Made by a program: the position numbers and the translations under genes. The notes under the pieces are model-generated. The model had not been told where the DNA came from. It made no database searches and saw nothing but the letters and a program-made list of their open reading frames with translations. Positions 1 to 8,966 of a stretch of DNA of 64,000 nt are shown piece by piece (the stretch's first letter is position 1; each line of letters opens with the position of its first letter). The DNA lies in IMG/VR virus record IMGVR_UViG_3300042013_000067, positions 219,623-283,622 of that record; one strand, given 5' to 3'. This stretch comes from a virus (lineage: Duplodnaviria > Caudoviricetes).

Positions 1-337
1 GTTGATGGCATGTCGCTCTCACCGTAGACAAGGATGCTACCGATGCTTAGCTCGATGCTTTTGCTTCTTGCTTTGTCGGTGCAGCACTCCAATGAACAAC
101 CCCGGTACTATAGCAAGACACACCTGCATACGGACGATTCGCACTGGGTGGTACCCCGTGCCTATCCATCTACGCCGCCGCGCTCCTATCGCCCGCCTCA
201 TCAACGGGCGCGACCTTGGCCGCGTTTGTCCGTGATTGCCTGTACTTGCACCGGCTTCCTTCGCCCATCTGGGTTACTGGCACACGGCAAGGGTCCGTGT
301 AAGCTAGAACTCCCTGATCGGCATACGAGGAGGCACT

Positions 338-541
338 ATGTACTCCATTGGGTATCTGTTGCATTGGGCGCTGTCCGATAGCTGCTTTACTGCTCTCCGG
401 CTAGCTATGCGGTTGAGCCGTAGTTTAATCTTGACGAGACCGCTGTTCCATCGCGCTGCAAACCCCGTCGCAGGGAAAGATAATCTTAATGTATCCCAGG
501 TAACCCATAAACCTCTATCCGTGCACTTGGCTAAGGTCTAG
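338..541 (+). CDS. possible small hypothetical protein (67 aa)
   Basis: Strong SD (GAGGAGG) 5 nt before ATG; followed by terminator-like hairpin at 593-617; no recognisable motif. Confidence 0.35.
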   Translation: MYSIGYLLHWALSDSCFTALRLAMRLSRSLILTRPLFHRAANPVAGKDNLNVSQVTHKPLSVHLAKV

Positions 542-592
542 GTCAGCACCCATAGAGACGACTGGGAAAGTTAAGCTTTCCATTGCGACTGT

Positions 593-622
593 AAAGAGCC
601 CCGCGCTGGGGCTCTTTATGCC
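593..622 (+). terminator. GC-rich hairpin terminator (RCATA/TATGY family)
   Basis: AAAGAGCCCC-gcgct-GGGGCTCTTT followed by ATGCC. Confidence 0.75.
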
Positions 623-659
623 CCTTTTATGCCGTCTCGCTTATTAGGAGTGAGCTTTT

Positions 660-1526
660 ATGCCACCTCGTCTTAAAGAAATGTACACTCGCTTTACGAG
701 CTTCTTTGAACAGGAGCTGCTTAATCGCGTACGCAATAATCCACTTCAAACACCGTCCACCGATCTGGGTAATGATACCGTGCAGCCTGCCGACCTTTTG
801 CTCAGCCACACCCAAGCTCATTTCCCGGCATACGAACCTACGCCGGAAGATGAACACATCCTCAGCCAACTGGCTGATAACCAATCGAATGACCCTATCC
901 ATGTGTTAGCGCGCAAGATTGACTCGTTCGACAAGTACTACACCTACTCCGATACCGCCAGTACACTCGCAGACGGCGATCGGTTGTCCAAGGAACTCAC
1001 CGAGGGCATCGCCGCAGTTGAAGATGCACGCGTGCGTGGGATTCTGGGTCGGTCGATGTGGGCCGATGTGCGCAGTGAGTTGTTAGTCGAGTTCCCATGG
1101 TTGGAAACACGCTTTCGCAGTACCGCGTACACCCGACTGATTGCTGAAGGCGTTCCTCCAGAGAATGCCAAAGTATGGGTCGGTACAATCAATGGACTAC
1201 GCGACCTGATGGCCCGCGTCTATATCGCCGCTAACGCTACTGGTCAGCTGTTGGTGTGGGCCAATGATTACGAACGGGCACGCTACTATGACCGTTTCCG
1301 TAAGAACGATCTGTTCTGCGGTGTAGCTCTACCGCCAGCGCTGTATGTGGAGGTCGACGCATTGGCTGATATGATCGACAGCCGTGGCTTCCGCCAAGCA
1401 CTGGCTTTGGGTAAATCTGAATACAGTGTCGTTCGCCAAGTTTTGGAGAATGGCGACTGGATGTACACCGTACATCGATTCGATAACCCGATGCTGAGTT
1501 TCTTCTTCGCAGCTAAGCCGGCTTAA
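660..1526 (+). CDS. hypothetical protein (288 aa)
   Basis: Long ORF, AGGAG SD upstream, protein-like composition. Confidence 0.8.
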   Translation: MPPRLKEMYTRFTSFFEQELLNRVRNNPLQTPSTDLGNDTVQPADLLLSHTQAHFPAYEPTPEDEHILSQLADNQSNDPIHVLARKIDSFDKYYTYSDTASTLADGDRLSKELTEGIAAVEDARVRGILGRSMWADVRSELLVEFPWLETRFRSTAYTRLIAEGVPPENAKVWVGTINGLRDLMARVYIAANATGQLLVWANDYERARYYDRFRKNDLFCGVALPPALYVEVDALADMIDSRGFRQALALGKSEYSVVRQVLENGDWMYTVHRFDNPMLSFFFAAKPA

Positions 1527-1577
1527 ACCCGGCCTTACCTATCCTCAACGCACTACCCAACCAAAGGAAACTTCACT

Positions 1578-2144
1578 ATGTCAGATTCTAACGAAACCTT
1601 CGGCGCCAATGCTACAGCAGTACCATGCAATCCACTCGGCGCGTACAAGCTGGGTGACCATGAAGGCGATAGGGCGCAAAAGGACATCGTACCGTTCCAA
1701 CTGACTATCATCGACCTGCATGAGTTGGTCACCGGTAGTATCGCTGATAAACGTCGCTTGGCTATCGCACCAGAACGCATGGGTCGTGCTCTGATGGCAT
1801 ATAACCGTGCGATCGGTGAAGCGATTCTGGAAACCAAGACTTACACCGTGCTGATGATGACGGTTACGTTGGATCAGGCCAAAGAGGTCGAAAATCTGGT
1901 CTTCCAACAACCGACACTGGGTATGTCTATGGGTATGCCCCCAGGGCGTGCCGGTGGTTACATTGGTGCACAGCAATTGCAGTTCGCCGTGTTCTCTGAC
2001 CTGACCCAACCTGGTGTTCATATCAGCCTGCATCCGTACGTGTGTCAAGGTTTGGGTGGTGTGGGTGAAGGCGCAATGATTAACATCGCCCTAGGTCTGC
2101 TGTTAGGTGAAGACCAGAACATCGGTCTTGGCTTCGGTAAGTAA
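1578..2144 (+). CDS. hypothetical protein (188 aa)
   Basis: AAGGAA SD, biased codon usage, followed by classical terminator. Confidence 0.85.
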   Translation: MSDSNETFGANATAVPCNPLGAYKLGDHEGDRAQKDIVPFQLTIIDLHELVTGSIADKRRLAIAPERMGRALMAYNRAIGEAILETKTYTVLMMTVTLDQAKEVENLVFQQPTLGMSMGMPPGRAGGYIGAQQLQFAVFSDLTQPGVHISLHPYVCQGLGGVGEGAMINIALGLLLGEDQNIGLGFGK

Positions 2145-2154
2145 TCATTAAGGT

Positions 2155-2192
2155 GCGGGGTAGCTTCGGCTGCCCTGCATCTTTTCTTTTTT
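2155..2192 (+). terminator. Rho-independent terminator
   Basis: GCGGGGTAGC-TTCG-GCTGCCCTGC stem then TCTTTTCTTTTTT. Confidence 0.8.
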
Positions 2193-2237
2193 GCCGTCTG
2201 CAAGGTTCTACTGGGGTGCCCCTTATACAGACAGAAA

Positions 2238-2365
2238 GCAGTAGCTTCGCATACACCCAAGTACCTTACCGGTACCTGTCTATGCCCTCTCAGTTACTGC
2301 CTATGGACTCTTACACCTCGGGTACGCCCAATGTACCCTTTAGCTACTAATGGCGCCCTAGCGCC
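2238..2365 (+). ncRNA. candidate structured RNA / leader
   Basis: Nested stems GCAGTAGC/GTTACTGC, GCATA/TATGC, GTACC/GGTAC; further hairpins GGGTAC/GTACCC and GGCGC/GCGCC. Confidence 0.35.
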
Positions 2366-2380
2366 TTATAGGAGGCTTCA

Positions 2381-2680
2381 ATGAACAGTAAACTACCATT
2401 GACTTCTGTTGAAGAACTAGAAGAAGTAATGGAGCTGATTGGAGACACGTTCTATACCTGCCTTTCCTTTAATCGGGATAAGGCTGTCAGTACTGCCACT
2501 CAAGAAGGGATGTCTGAAGAACGAGCTCGGTTGATCAAGGATTCAGTTAACGCGGGTGTGCGTGCCACACTGTCTACCATTGAAGAACTCAATGGAGAGA
2601 TTCGGTTTAAGACCCGTGGTGTCACCGCTATCTTAGCGGGTGATCTTGTCCGTGGTATGTTCGATGAAATCAATAATTGA
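2381..2680 (+). CDS. hypothetical protein (99 aa)
   Basis: GGAGG SD, helical protein-like sequence. Confidence 0.8.
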   Translation: MNSKLPLTSVEELEEVMELIGDTFYTCLSFNRDKAVSTATQEGMSEERARLIKDSVNAGVRATLSTIEELNGEIRFKTRGVTAILAGDLVRGMFDEINN

Positions 2681-2757
2681 AAATAAATACATTCTCGTTT
2701 TATAAAGAGGGGGAACCTAGCCTTTAGGCGACGGAGGGGGTGTTATATGACGTGTGA

Positions 2758-2968
2758 AGGATTTGCTAAAATCCTGAACATGCTTTGCCTTTATGCTTTA
2801 AGGTGAGGAGGGGTTGGGGACCCTCCTCACACACCGTGCAAATAGAAAAGGCTGAAAGCCTTTTTGTTAAACAAAGGGATTGGGTAGGGCACCCAATCCC
2901 ATCCTTTCTGCTTTTATAGCAATGGCTAAAAACCATGGACGGCAGAAGAGAGACCCCTAAGGTCTCTC
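2758..2968. other. array of six inverted repeats in AT-rich intergenic DNA (structured RNA, origin or terminator cluster)
   Basis: Stems at 2758-2775, 2803-2830, 2846-2864, 2876-2900, 2906-2947, 2948-2968. Confidence 0.6.
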
Positions 2969-3047
2969 CGTATATGCTGCTTTTTAGTCGTCTCCAGTAG
3001 ATTACAGAACTACATCATGCGATTGATCTAACCCAACCTTTAAGGAT

Positions 3048-3932
3048 ATGAAAATGCAAAAAGTACTGGTCACTTCTGAAGATCTTCGTTTTGCACTCCA
3101 ACAAGTCCGGGATCGCGATGTCACATTCGCTGCGGTACTGGCTGGCATGCTGAATAACTGGTTGCAACATAGTCCAATACAGCTGGAACATCGTAGTCGT
3201 CATAACGACCTAGGGTATACCTACAACATCGCGCGATTTGATATCGCCGAAGAAAAACTGGATGAGTTCACACGTCGAGCAGCACATATCCAGTTGGTTC
3301 CTGTGATCGATGAACCCACGCTGCATTTCGAAACCCATCCGGTCGGGCCGCGCTATGTCACTGGCCAATACGGCATAGCCATGACCCTTACCAACTTGGG
3401 TTATAAAGCACCCCCTCCTGCTGAACCGAAAGCAGGCGAAGGGCAGACTCGACCGGCAGGTGGGTTGGGTTACGGCGCGTGGGAAGATATCCGCTTCGGT
3501 GATGCTGACTTCGCTGTGCTGGTGCAGCATCAGATTACCCTGATGGAAGCTTGGGGTGCTGTTTTCAAAGGGGCCATCAAAACGACCAAGCACATCAGCC
3601 CCGGTCAGTTGGTGGTATGGGGCGAAGAAACACAATCGCAGCGCTTTCCCAATATCCCAATGTTCCAAGTGGTGGCTCAAGTACAGCCCTTTATCCACAA
3701 CGATAGTCTGGTGGATACGATCATTCAACCACAGGGTACTGGTCGGGGGTTTGGTCCATCCAAGGAAGTCTATGCGCATAGTACTGACTTGCTGTCCTTG
3801 GAAGAATACCAGGTACTACTACTGCGCGGGCCTAATCGACACAGTAGTTTCGGTGGGGATGGTATTAAACCTTCGGACTTCATCGTCGAGGCACTGAATG
3901 GTATCCCTGAGGCACTGCTCAAACGTTGCTAA
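3048..3932 (+). CDS. hypothetical protein (294 aa)
   Basis: Long ORF, TAAGGA SD. Confidence 0.85.
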   Translation: MKMQKVLVTSEDLRFALQQVRDRDVTFAAVLAGMLNNWLQHSPIQLEHRSRHNDLGYTYNIARFDIAEEKLDEFTRRAAHIQLVPVIDEPTLHFETHPVGPRYVTGQYGIAMTLTNLGYKAPPPAEPKAGEGQTRPAGGLGYGAWEDIRFGDADFAVLVQHQITLMEAWGAVFKGAIKTTKHISPGQLVVWGEETQSQRFPNIPMFQVVAQVQPFIHNDSLVDTIIQPQGTGRGFGPSKEVYAHSTDLLSLEEYQVLLLRGPNRHSSFGGDGIKPSDFIVEALNGIPEALLKRC

Positions 3933-3942
3933 GGAGTGTGTT

Positions 3943-4263
3943 ATGCCAGTTATGACTAAAGCCGACTATGATGTTGCAAAGGTAGTCGACGTAGATCGGT
4001 TGGAGTATGTTTGGCTTTTAGTCAATCATCACCTCCAGAAGGCCATCCAAAGACTCACCAAACCCGCAGTACCTGGGTGTTTTGCGATCTTCGTTAAGGG
4101 CGAGTTCAGTCGTGAAGAAAGGGAGCTGATCTGCGAACAGCTTAAAGAAGCGGGTTGGTCTAATCCCCAAGCGGAGCAGCTCAACCCGTATGAGCTGCGG
4201 ATCGACTTCGAGGTCGAGAAGAACATAATGACCTTCTTTGACAAACAAAAACCAGGGAGTTGA
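3943..4263 (+). CDS. hypothetical protein
   Basis: AAGGAG SD before ATG 3943 (start revised from 3898). Confidence 0.75.
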   Translation: MPVMTKADYDVAKVVDVDRLEYVWLLVNHHLQKAIQRLTKPAVPGCFAIFVKGEFSREERELICEQLKEAGWSNPQAEQLNPYELRIDFEVEKNIMTFFDKQKPGS

Positions 4264-4369
4264 CAACACACCTGTACCGTGTACACGACTGGCACCCGTG
4301 AGTGCCCCAAACTACAAACTGATGCCACGCATCTAAGGCTAACCTCCGCTATCACACAGAGAGCGTCCC

Positions 4370-5242
4370 ATGCCACATACTTCTCGTTTTGCTAGCGCTA
4401 CGCTAAACCAAACCCATTTCGATAACCCTCAACCCGGCGATGGCTGGCAGGAGCATTTCTGCTATCAGTTCGTTGTGGTTGAAGTCTTGGAGAATGGGAA
4501 CTTGGTTGTCGTTCCGGTTCATCGGGTGGAACAAGGTCAGATGGCTCAGTATGCGAAAGCGTATGAGCTTACTCGATCGCAATTCCACGACGAAGTACAT
4601 TATCGTCACGGTTCTATGCGTAACAATTTCTTGTTGGATGTCGTACCGGGTCATCATGAAATCGTGACAATCTGGAAAGATGGATACCAAGGACTGTATT
4701 TGACACAAGCTAAATCCACACCAGAACCCATTGTTATCTGTGGGTTTCGTGGTGTGGGTAAATCACAGGTTACCAGCTTGTGTCAAGGCGAGAAAAAGGC
4801 ATTGGATGTCTCACCCGGTGGGGATGTTGACTACTACGTGGAATTGGTGACTAAACCACCCGCGGGCTTGGACATCCTGTTGTTACCCGCCGATCCGATT
4901 GTATTGGCTGCATTGAGTTTATCGGAAAAGCGGTACCACATGGTCTATCCACATGTCAGCTTGTGCAGTGCATATTTGCACCGTATACACCGGCGTGGGG
5001 CTAGCGTGGCGGATGTCCACTGTTTTAAAGCGGGTTGGGTTGACGCGATACACGACTGTCACTTTCAACCGGGCTGTGTGCATTGGCAGCTGCAAGACAA
5101 ACAGTATCTGGTCGACGTACTGCCACGGATAATCCACATGGAACATCTAGATGACCAAGTGTGGGCAGCGCTAGAGCGTAAGGTGTTGCGTATGGTCCAT
5201 CCAACTAAATTGGAAAAACCGACGTTAAGCGTTACGGTATGA
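4370..5242 (+). CDS. two-domain protein with C-terminal P-loop (kinase-like) domain
   Basis: IVICGFRGVGKS Walker A-like motif; downstream MVYP...YLHRIHRRG resembles phage NMP-kinase-like proteins. Confidence 0.6.
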   Translation: MPHTSRFASATLNQTHFDNPQPGDGWQEHFCYQFVVVEVLENGNLVVVPVHRVEQGQMAQYAKAYELTRSQFHDEVHYRHGSMRNNFLLDVVPGHHEIVTIWKDGYQGLYLTQAKSTPEPIVICGFRGVGKSQVTSLCQGEKKALDVSPGGDVDYYVELVTKPPAGLDILLLPADPIVLAALSLSEKRYHMVYPHVSLCSAYLHRIHRRGASVADVHCFKAGWVDAIHDCHFQPGCVHWQLQDKQYLVDVLPRIIHMEHLDDQVWAALERKVLRMVHPTKLEKPTLSVTV

Positions 5243-5273
5243 AGACAAACCCTCTTTCAAGGATTAAGGAAAC

Positions 5274-5591
5274 ATGACAACGGCAAAAATGTCGCTCACT
5301 GACTTTCAACAGCAAAACCGCAGTCACCGTACCGGCGCTCTGGCTAATGTTAAGGTGCTCGATGTGACTGCTTTCCGATCGACTCCTGAAGCTCCTGCAA
5401 TCGAGCATAAGGAAATCGAACTTAACGTTCGTTATACTTCGCACCGACTGGGCAAGAAAGTTCATGCTTGGCCTGTTGAGGTCAAAAAGAAGAGTAACAA
5501 GGTGGTCCTCAAGCGCGACCCGCAAGCTAAGGACAGCTACACCGAAAGCCGGGCACACTTCGATAAGTACTTCGTTATCGATAAGGAGTGA
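5274..5591 (+). CDS. hypothetical basic protein (105 aa)
   Basis: TAAGGA SD; ORF in dense co-oriented cluster. Confidence 0.75.
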   Translation: MTTAKMSLTDFQQQNRSHRTGALANVKVLDVTAFRSTPEAPAIEHKEIELNVRYTSHRLGKKVHAWPVEVKKKSNKVVLKRDPQAKDSYTESRAHFDKYFVIDKE

Positions 5592-5594
5592 TGG

Positions 5595-5837
5595 GTGGTT
5601 GTGATAGAGCGATGCCGCCGTCTTAAGAAACGGCTGTTGAACCGATGGCAGCATTGGCGCCTGCTTGGCGAGATTCAAAAAGCAGGCTTCAGTGTTGCTA
5701 GGAACAACGCCGTTTCCTGCACACTGTGTGAGCCAGAAGAAGCCTGCTGCCCCGGCCACCATTGCGTGCATTCAACTGTCATGTATCAGTATGCGTGGCG
5801 GTTGCGATTGTTAGAAAACGAATACCGGCGGATTTAA
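5595..5837 (+). CDS. hypothetical Cys/His-cluster protein (80 aa)
   Basis: AAGGAG SD, GTG start, CTLC...CCPGHHCVH. Confidence 0.6.
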   Translation: MVVIERCRRLKKRLLNRWQHWRLLGEIQKAGFSVARNNAVSCTLCEPEEACCPGHHCVHSTVMYQYAWRLRLLENEYRRI

Positions 5838-5856
5838 TATTTGTGGAGCAAACCCC

Positions 5857-6264
5857 ATGAGCTTTGACGAAACTGAAGACAGTGTTGAGATCGATCCTGA
5901 ACTCCGTATGGAGGATGCAGAAGACCTCGATGACGATGAGGAAGATACCTCAGCGGCTGCGGTGAAGATTGAAGAACAACAGCGCGAGTTCGTGTTGGGT
6001 GTTCAAACCCTCATCGAACCATTGATCATCGAGAACCCTGAGCATCGTACGTCGATCGAGACGACGGCTGAAGGCATCCTCGGCCTGATCGAAGGCAACG
6101 GTCGTGACGAGGGTTACATCCTCGTTAAACGTACACATGCAGAACTGGCGATGGTGCCCTGCACCCGTCAGGTGTACGAAGAGCACCTGCGTGACTTCGT
6201 CGATGATGACGGCCTGGATATCTCGGTCGGCCTGTCATCGATGTTTAACGACGTCAATAACTGA
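5857..6264 (+). CDS. highly acidic hypothetical protein (135 aa)
   Basis: GGAG SD; about 37 D/E versus 9 K/R by hand count. Confidence 0.85.
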   Translation: MSFDETEDSVEIDPELRMEDAEDLDDDEEDTSAAAVKIEEQQREFVLGVQTLIEPLIIENPEHRTSIETTAEGILGLIEGNGRDEGYILVKRTHAELAMVPCTRQVYEEHLRDFVDDDGLDISVGLSSMFNDVNN

Positions 6265-6266
6265 CA

Positions 6267-6302
6267 GCATATAGCCCGCTCCTTTCGGGGAGCGGGCCTA
6301 TG
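6267..6302 (+). terminator. hairpin (RCATA/TATGY family)
   Basis: GCATATAG-CCCGCTCC-tttcgg-GGAGCGGG-CCTATGT. Confidence 0.75.
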
Positions 6303-6322
6303 TCCCCTTTAAGGAGAAAGAG

Positions 6323-6883
6323 ATGAAAGAACCAATACTGATTGTGCTCTGTGCCCGTTTCACGGTAGAGGACATCGCGGCCAGCATCGACCACGCTTGT
6401 AGCCATTACGGCATGATCGTGGAACACCACCATATCCCGCAAGCGCACAATGCGGGCGAACCGAAACATCCGCTGTACTACGACTCACTCAAATTCCAGA
6501 TCATCGAACACAACCTCTTCAGCACTGGCCATAAGGTGGGTAGTTTGGTAGTCCGTCCGGCGATCAATGATTGCCTAGGCTTTCGCGATATCGATATTCA
6601 CGTAATTGGTAGCGATGTCTTGGCACGTCAGGCCATTGTTCAGCGGCTACACCGCGAGTTCAGAGCACTGCATAGCAAAGCCGACATCGTCATGGTGCCG
6701 TTTGGGACGAGCATCAATAGTTTTTACTTTATGCCCTATTCCCAGGAATGTACCATCTTGGCTGAGCTGAAAGGCACCACAGTGAACATCGCCTTTAAGT
6801 CGGTTCGAGAAACAGCATTGTTGGACGATGTGTTGCGTGCCACCGGTGTACCGTCTATCTGCATGGAGAAGGAACGTGTTTAA
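6323..6883 (+). CDS. hypothetical protein (186 aa)
   Basis: TAAGGAG SD; overlaps next gene start. Confidence 0.8.
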   Translation: MKEPILIVLCARFTVEDIAASIDHACSHYGMIVEHHHIPQAHNAGEPKHPLYYDSLKFQIIEHNLFSTGHKVGSLVVRPAINDCLGFRDIDIHVIGSDVLARQAIVQRLHREFRALHSKADIVMVPFGTSINSFYFMPYSQECTILAELKGTTVNIAFKSVRETALLDDVLRATGVPSICMEKERV

Positions 6884-7643
6884 ACGCCTAGTGATCGAAC
6901 GACGTAACAATCGTTTTGGCAATGAAGAGAAGTTGTTAGCCCTCCATGCCTTGAACAACGATATCCCTGTAGTGCCAGCTTACGAGAAGACCGTAGCCCG
7001 TGGCCACTTCAAGTTTCGCCCCGATGACTTAGTAGCGGGTAGCGTGGGTTTCATGCACCACGCCATGCGTCAGTTCGGTATAGCGGTGATCCACGAACAA
7101 CCGTACCCGGCAATCCTCGGTGACCTGATGCACCGCAAAGTACTGCCGATTCGCAGCATGTACGAACTACGCCGGTATTTTATCCAAGGTGGACGTCCGG
7201 TATTCGCCAAGCCGCTGCAGACCAAGAAGTTCACTGGGTTTGTGGCGGACCATATCGGAGATCCACGCTTCAATGGTGCAGGCAATCAGACCGAGCTGAT
7301 CGTAACTGAGGTTGTGGAGTTCGCTGACGAGTGGCGCGTATATGTGGCTAACGGCAAGATCATGAAGATTTCCGCTACGCCTGGACCACGTAAGACCGGC
7401 ATGTGGCCCCTCTGGGATTTTCTGAATGGCATCGTGAAGCGCTTGAACGAAGCCGCAACCGAACATGCCCCGGCAGCATATTCGCTGGACATCGGTGTAT
7501 TGTCCACTGGACATATGGCATTGGTAGAAATTAACGACGGCTATTCCTTGGGTGCTTACGACGATATATCCGCCCGAGATTACTGGGACGTCATTGCTAC
7601 TCGCTGGGCACAACTTACTGGAGCTAGTAATAATGTCAACTAG
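6876..7643 (+). CDS. ATP-grasp domain protein (R2K/DUF4343-like)
   Basis: GSVGFM, PVFAKP..TKKFTGFV, EWRVYV..G, YSLDIG...LVEIND motifs; GTG start after AAGGA. Confidence 0.75.
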   Translation: MFKRLVIERRNNRFGNEEKLLALHALNNDIPVVPAYEKTVARGHFKFRPDDLVAGSVGFMHHAMRQFGIAVIHEQPYPAILGDLMHRKVLPIRSMYELRRYFIQGGRPVFAKPLQTKKFTGFVADHIGDPRFNGAGNQTELIVTEVVEFADEWRVYVANGKIMKISATPGPRKTGMWPLWDFLNGIVKRLNEAATEHAPAAYSLDIGVLSTGHMALVEINDGYSLGAYDDISARDYWDVIATRWAQLTGASNNVN

Positions 7644-8343
7644 CGTTTACCCTGTGGTGGGACGTGTTCGTCCCGACTTCGTACCAGAACTCGAACTTAC
7701 CACGATCGTGGATGGTGAACACATCAAGACGCCGATGCCACCGCCGGGTGAGCCAACCCCACCGGATGTACAGCAGGTCATCGCCGAACCTTGGTCGTCC
7801 CTAAGGCTCAGGCAGCCAGAGCCGAGCGACTTCGAGTTCTCGTACCCGGACAATGGGTACGAACCGGACCACCCGCAGAACGTGTTGACCCACATGTACG
7901 ACAACTACCCGTTGTTCTCATGGTTGTGTGATATGCGCGGGGATTGCCGACCACGTGCAGACTACATGCTCCGTCGTGCACACACGGATATTTTCATCGA
8001 CTGGATTGGCAACAAGCCAGGTGTGACGTACACCGACTTCGGGGAGCATCGGCAGAAGCATTACAAGGATACTCTGCGTGAGCATTACTTCGATGGCTAC
8101 GGTAGCCCTATCATGTTTGGCATCGACGAACTGCTGGAGTTCAACTACGATGCGATCGCCTGGGTTCAGGACAAGTACGACAACAACGGTAGTCGCCAGT
8201 ACCGACCACATCCAGACCTCAAGACATGGCGCGAGCTCTTTCACGGTGAACCCAACCGTGTAGCGCCATCCAATGGCTACTTTGAATTCCTCGCCGAGGC
8301 TAAAGCCAAAGGCTGGGATTTCGTCATCTTCTGTTTCGATTGA
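7633..8343 (+). CDS. conserved phage hypothetical protein
   Basis: NYPLFSWLCDMRG / IDELLEFNYD / FVIFCFD resemble a widespread phage family (NY.LF..LA.VR ... .ELL.FD ... IVF.FD). Confidence 0.7.
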   Translation: MSTSVYPVVGRVRPDFVPELELTTIVDGEHIKTPMPPPGEPTPPDVQQVIAEPWSSLRLRQPEPSDFEFSYPDNGYEPDHPQNVLTHMYDNYPLFSWLCDMRGDCRPRADYMLRRAHTDIFIDWIGNKPGVTYTDFGEHRQKHYKDTLREHYFDGYGSPIMFGIDELLEFNYDAIAWVQDKYDNNGSRQYRPHPDLKTWRELFHGEPNRVAPSNGYFEFLAEAKAKGWDFVIFCFD

Positions 8344-8352
8344 GGAACCACC

Positions 8353-8925
8353 ATGAATCTCGATACCATCTACGTTGTTATCACCACACACCTGTCTATT
8401 CATCGCCGCTTGGACCAGATGTTTACCGAAGCATTGGTCACGCCACACAAGTTGGTCCTAGAATCTGGTGCGCTGCCGGGATTGGCGAGATGCACTGATG
8501 ATTCGTACAATCGCGATAAGATGCGCTTTATCTTCAGCGAACACATGTCTCGGTTCCCGCTCATGATGGAGCCGAACCATCCGGAACCGGCTGCGCGTAT
8601 ACAGCCTGCGATTTGCGATACTCCGAACCCCTTTGAAGTTCATGTTGCGGTGATCGGTCGAATCCACAGTGGTAAAACAGCGATCATCCGCGAGCTAGAA
8701 AACACCCTGATCGCCGATGGTATCCCACGTGAGCACATTACCCGTCAGAGTCTGGATTATACATCGACCGATCCAGAATGGTCCGCCAAACAACAGGCTG
8801 AATGTCTGGCGAATATGGCCACCCGTAAGGTAGTCATCCTATTCCAACACCCACGTCGCTTTACCGACCCGAACGAACTCTTCACGCGCTGCGCCTACCC
8901 GAAACGCTTATCGCAACGTTCGTGA
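8353..8925 (+). CDS. hypothetical protein with P-loop-like motif
   Basis: VAVIGRIHSGKT after a hydrophobic beta strand; GAGGA SD. Confidence 0.65.
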   Translation: MNLDTIYVVITTHLSIHRRLDQMFTEALVTPHKLVLESGALPGLARCTDDSYNRDKMRFIFSEHMSRFPLMMEPNHPEPAARIQPAICDTPNPFEVHVAVIGRIHSGKTAIIRELENTLIADGIPREHITRQSLDYTSTDPEWSAKQQAECLANMATRKVVILFQHPRRFTDPNELFTRCAYPKRLSQRS

Positions 8926-8928
8926 GGT

Positions 8929-8947
8929 CTATATCACCCCATTGAAT
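8929..8947 (+). promoter_or_regulatory. phage early-type promoter motif
   Basis: CTATATCAC-ccca-TTGAAT; same spacing as copies at 20889, 41161, 49967, 52705. Confidence 0.6.
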
Positions 8948-8966
8948 TCCAACGAGTAAAACCACA

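Noticed and set aside
34-381. 115-aa ORF with signal-peptide-like start
   Set aside because: P/R/H-rich composition typical of non-coding frames, and it overlaps 338-541, which has a better SD
4228-4400. Possible TGA readthrough after 3943-4263 (GS*QHTCTVY...)
   Set aside because: The extension has no recognisable motif and would overlap the next gene; no supporting evidence
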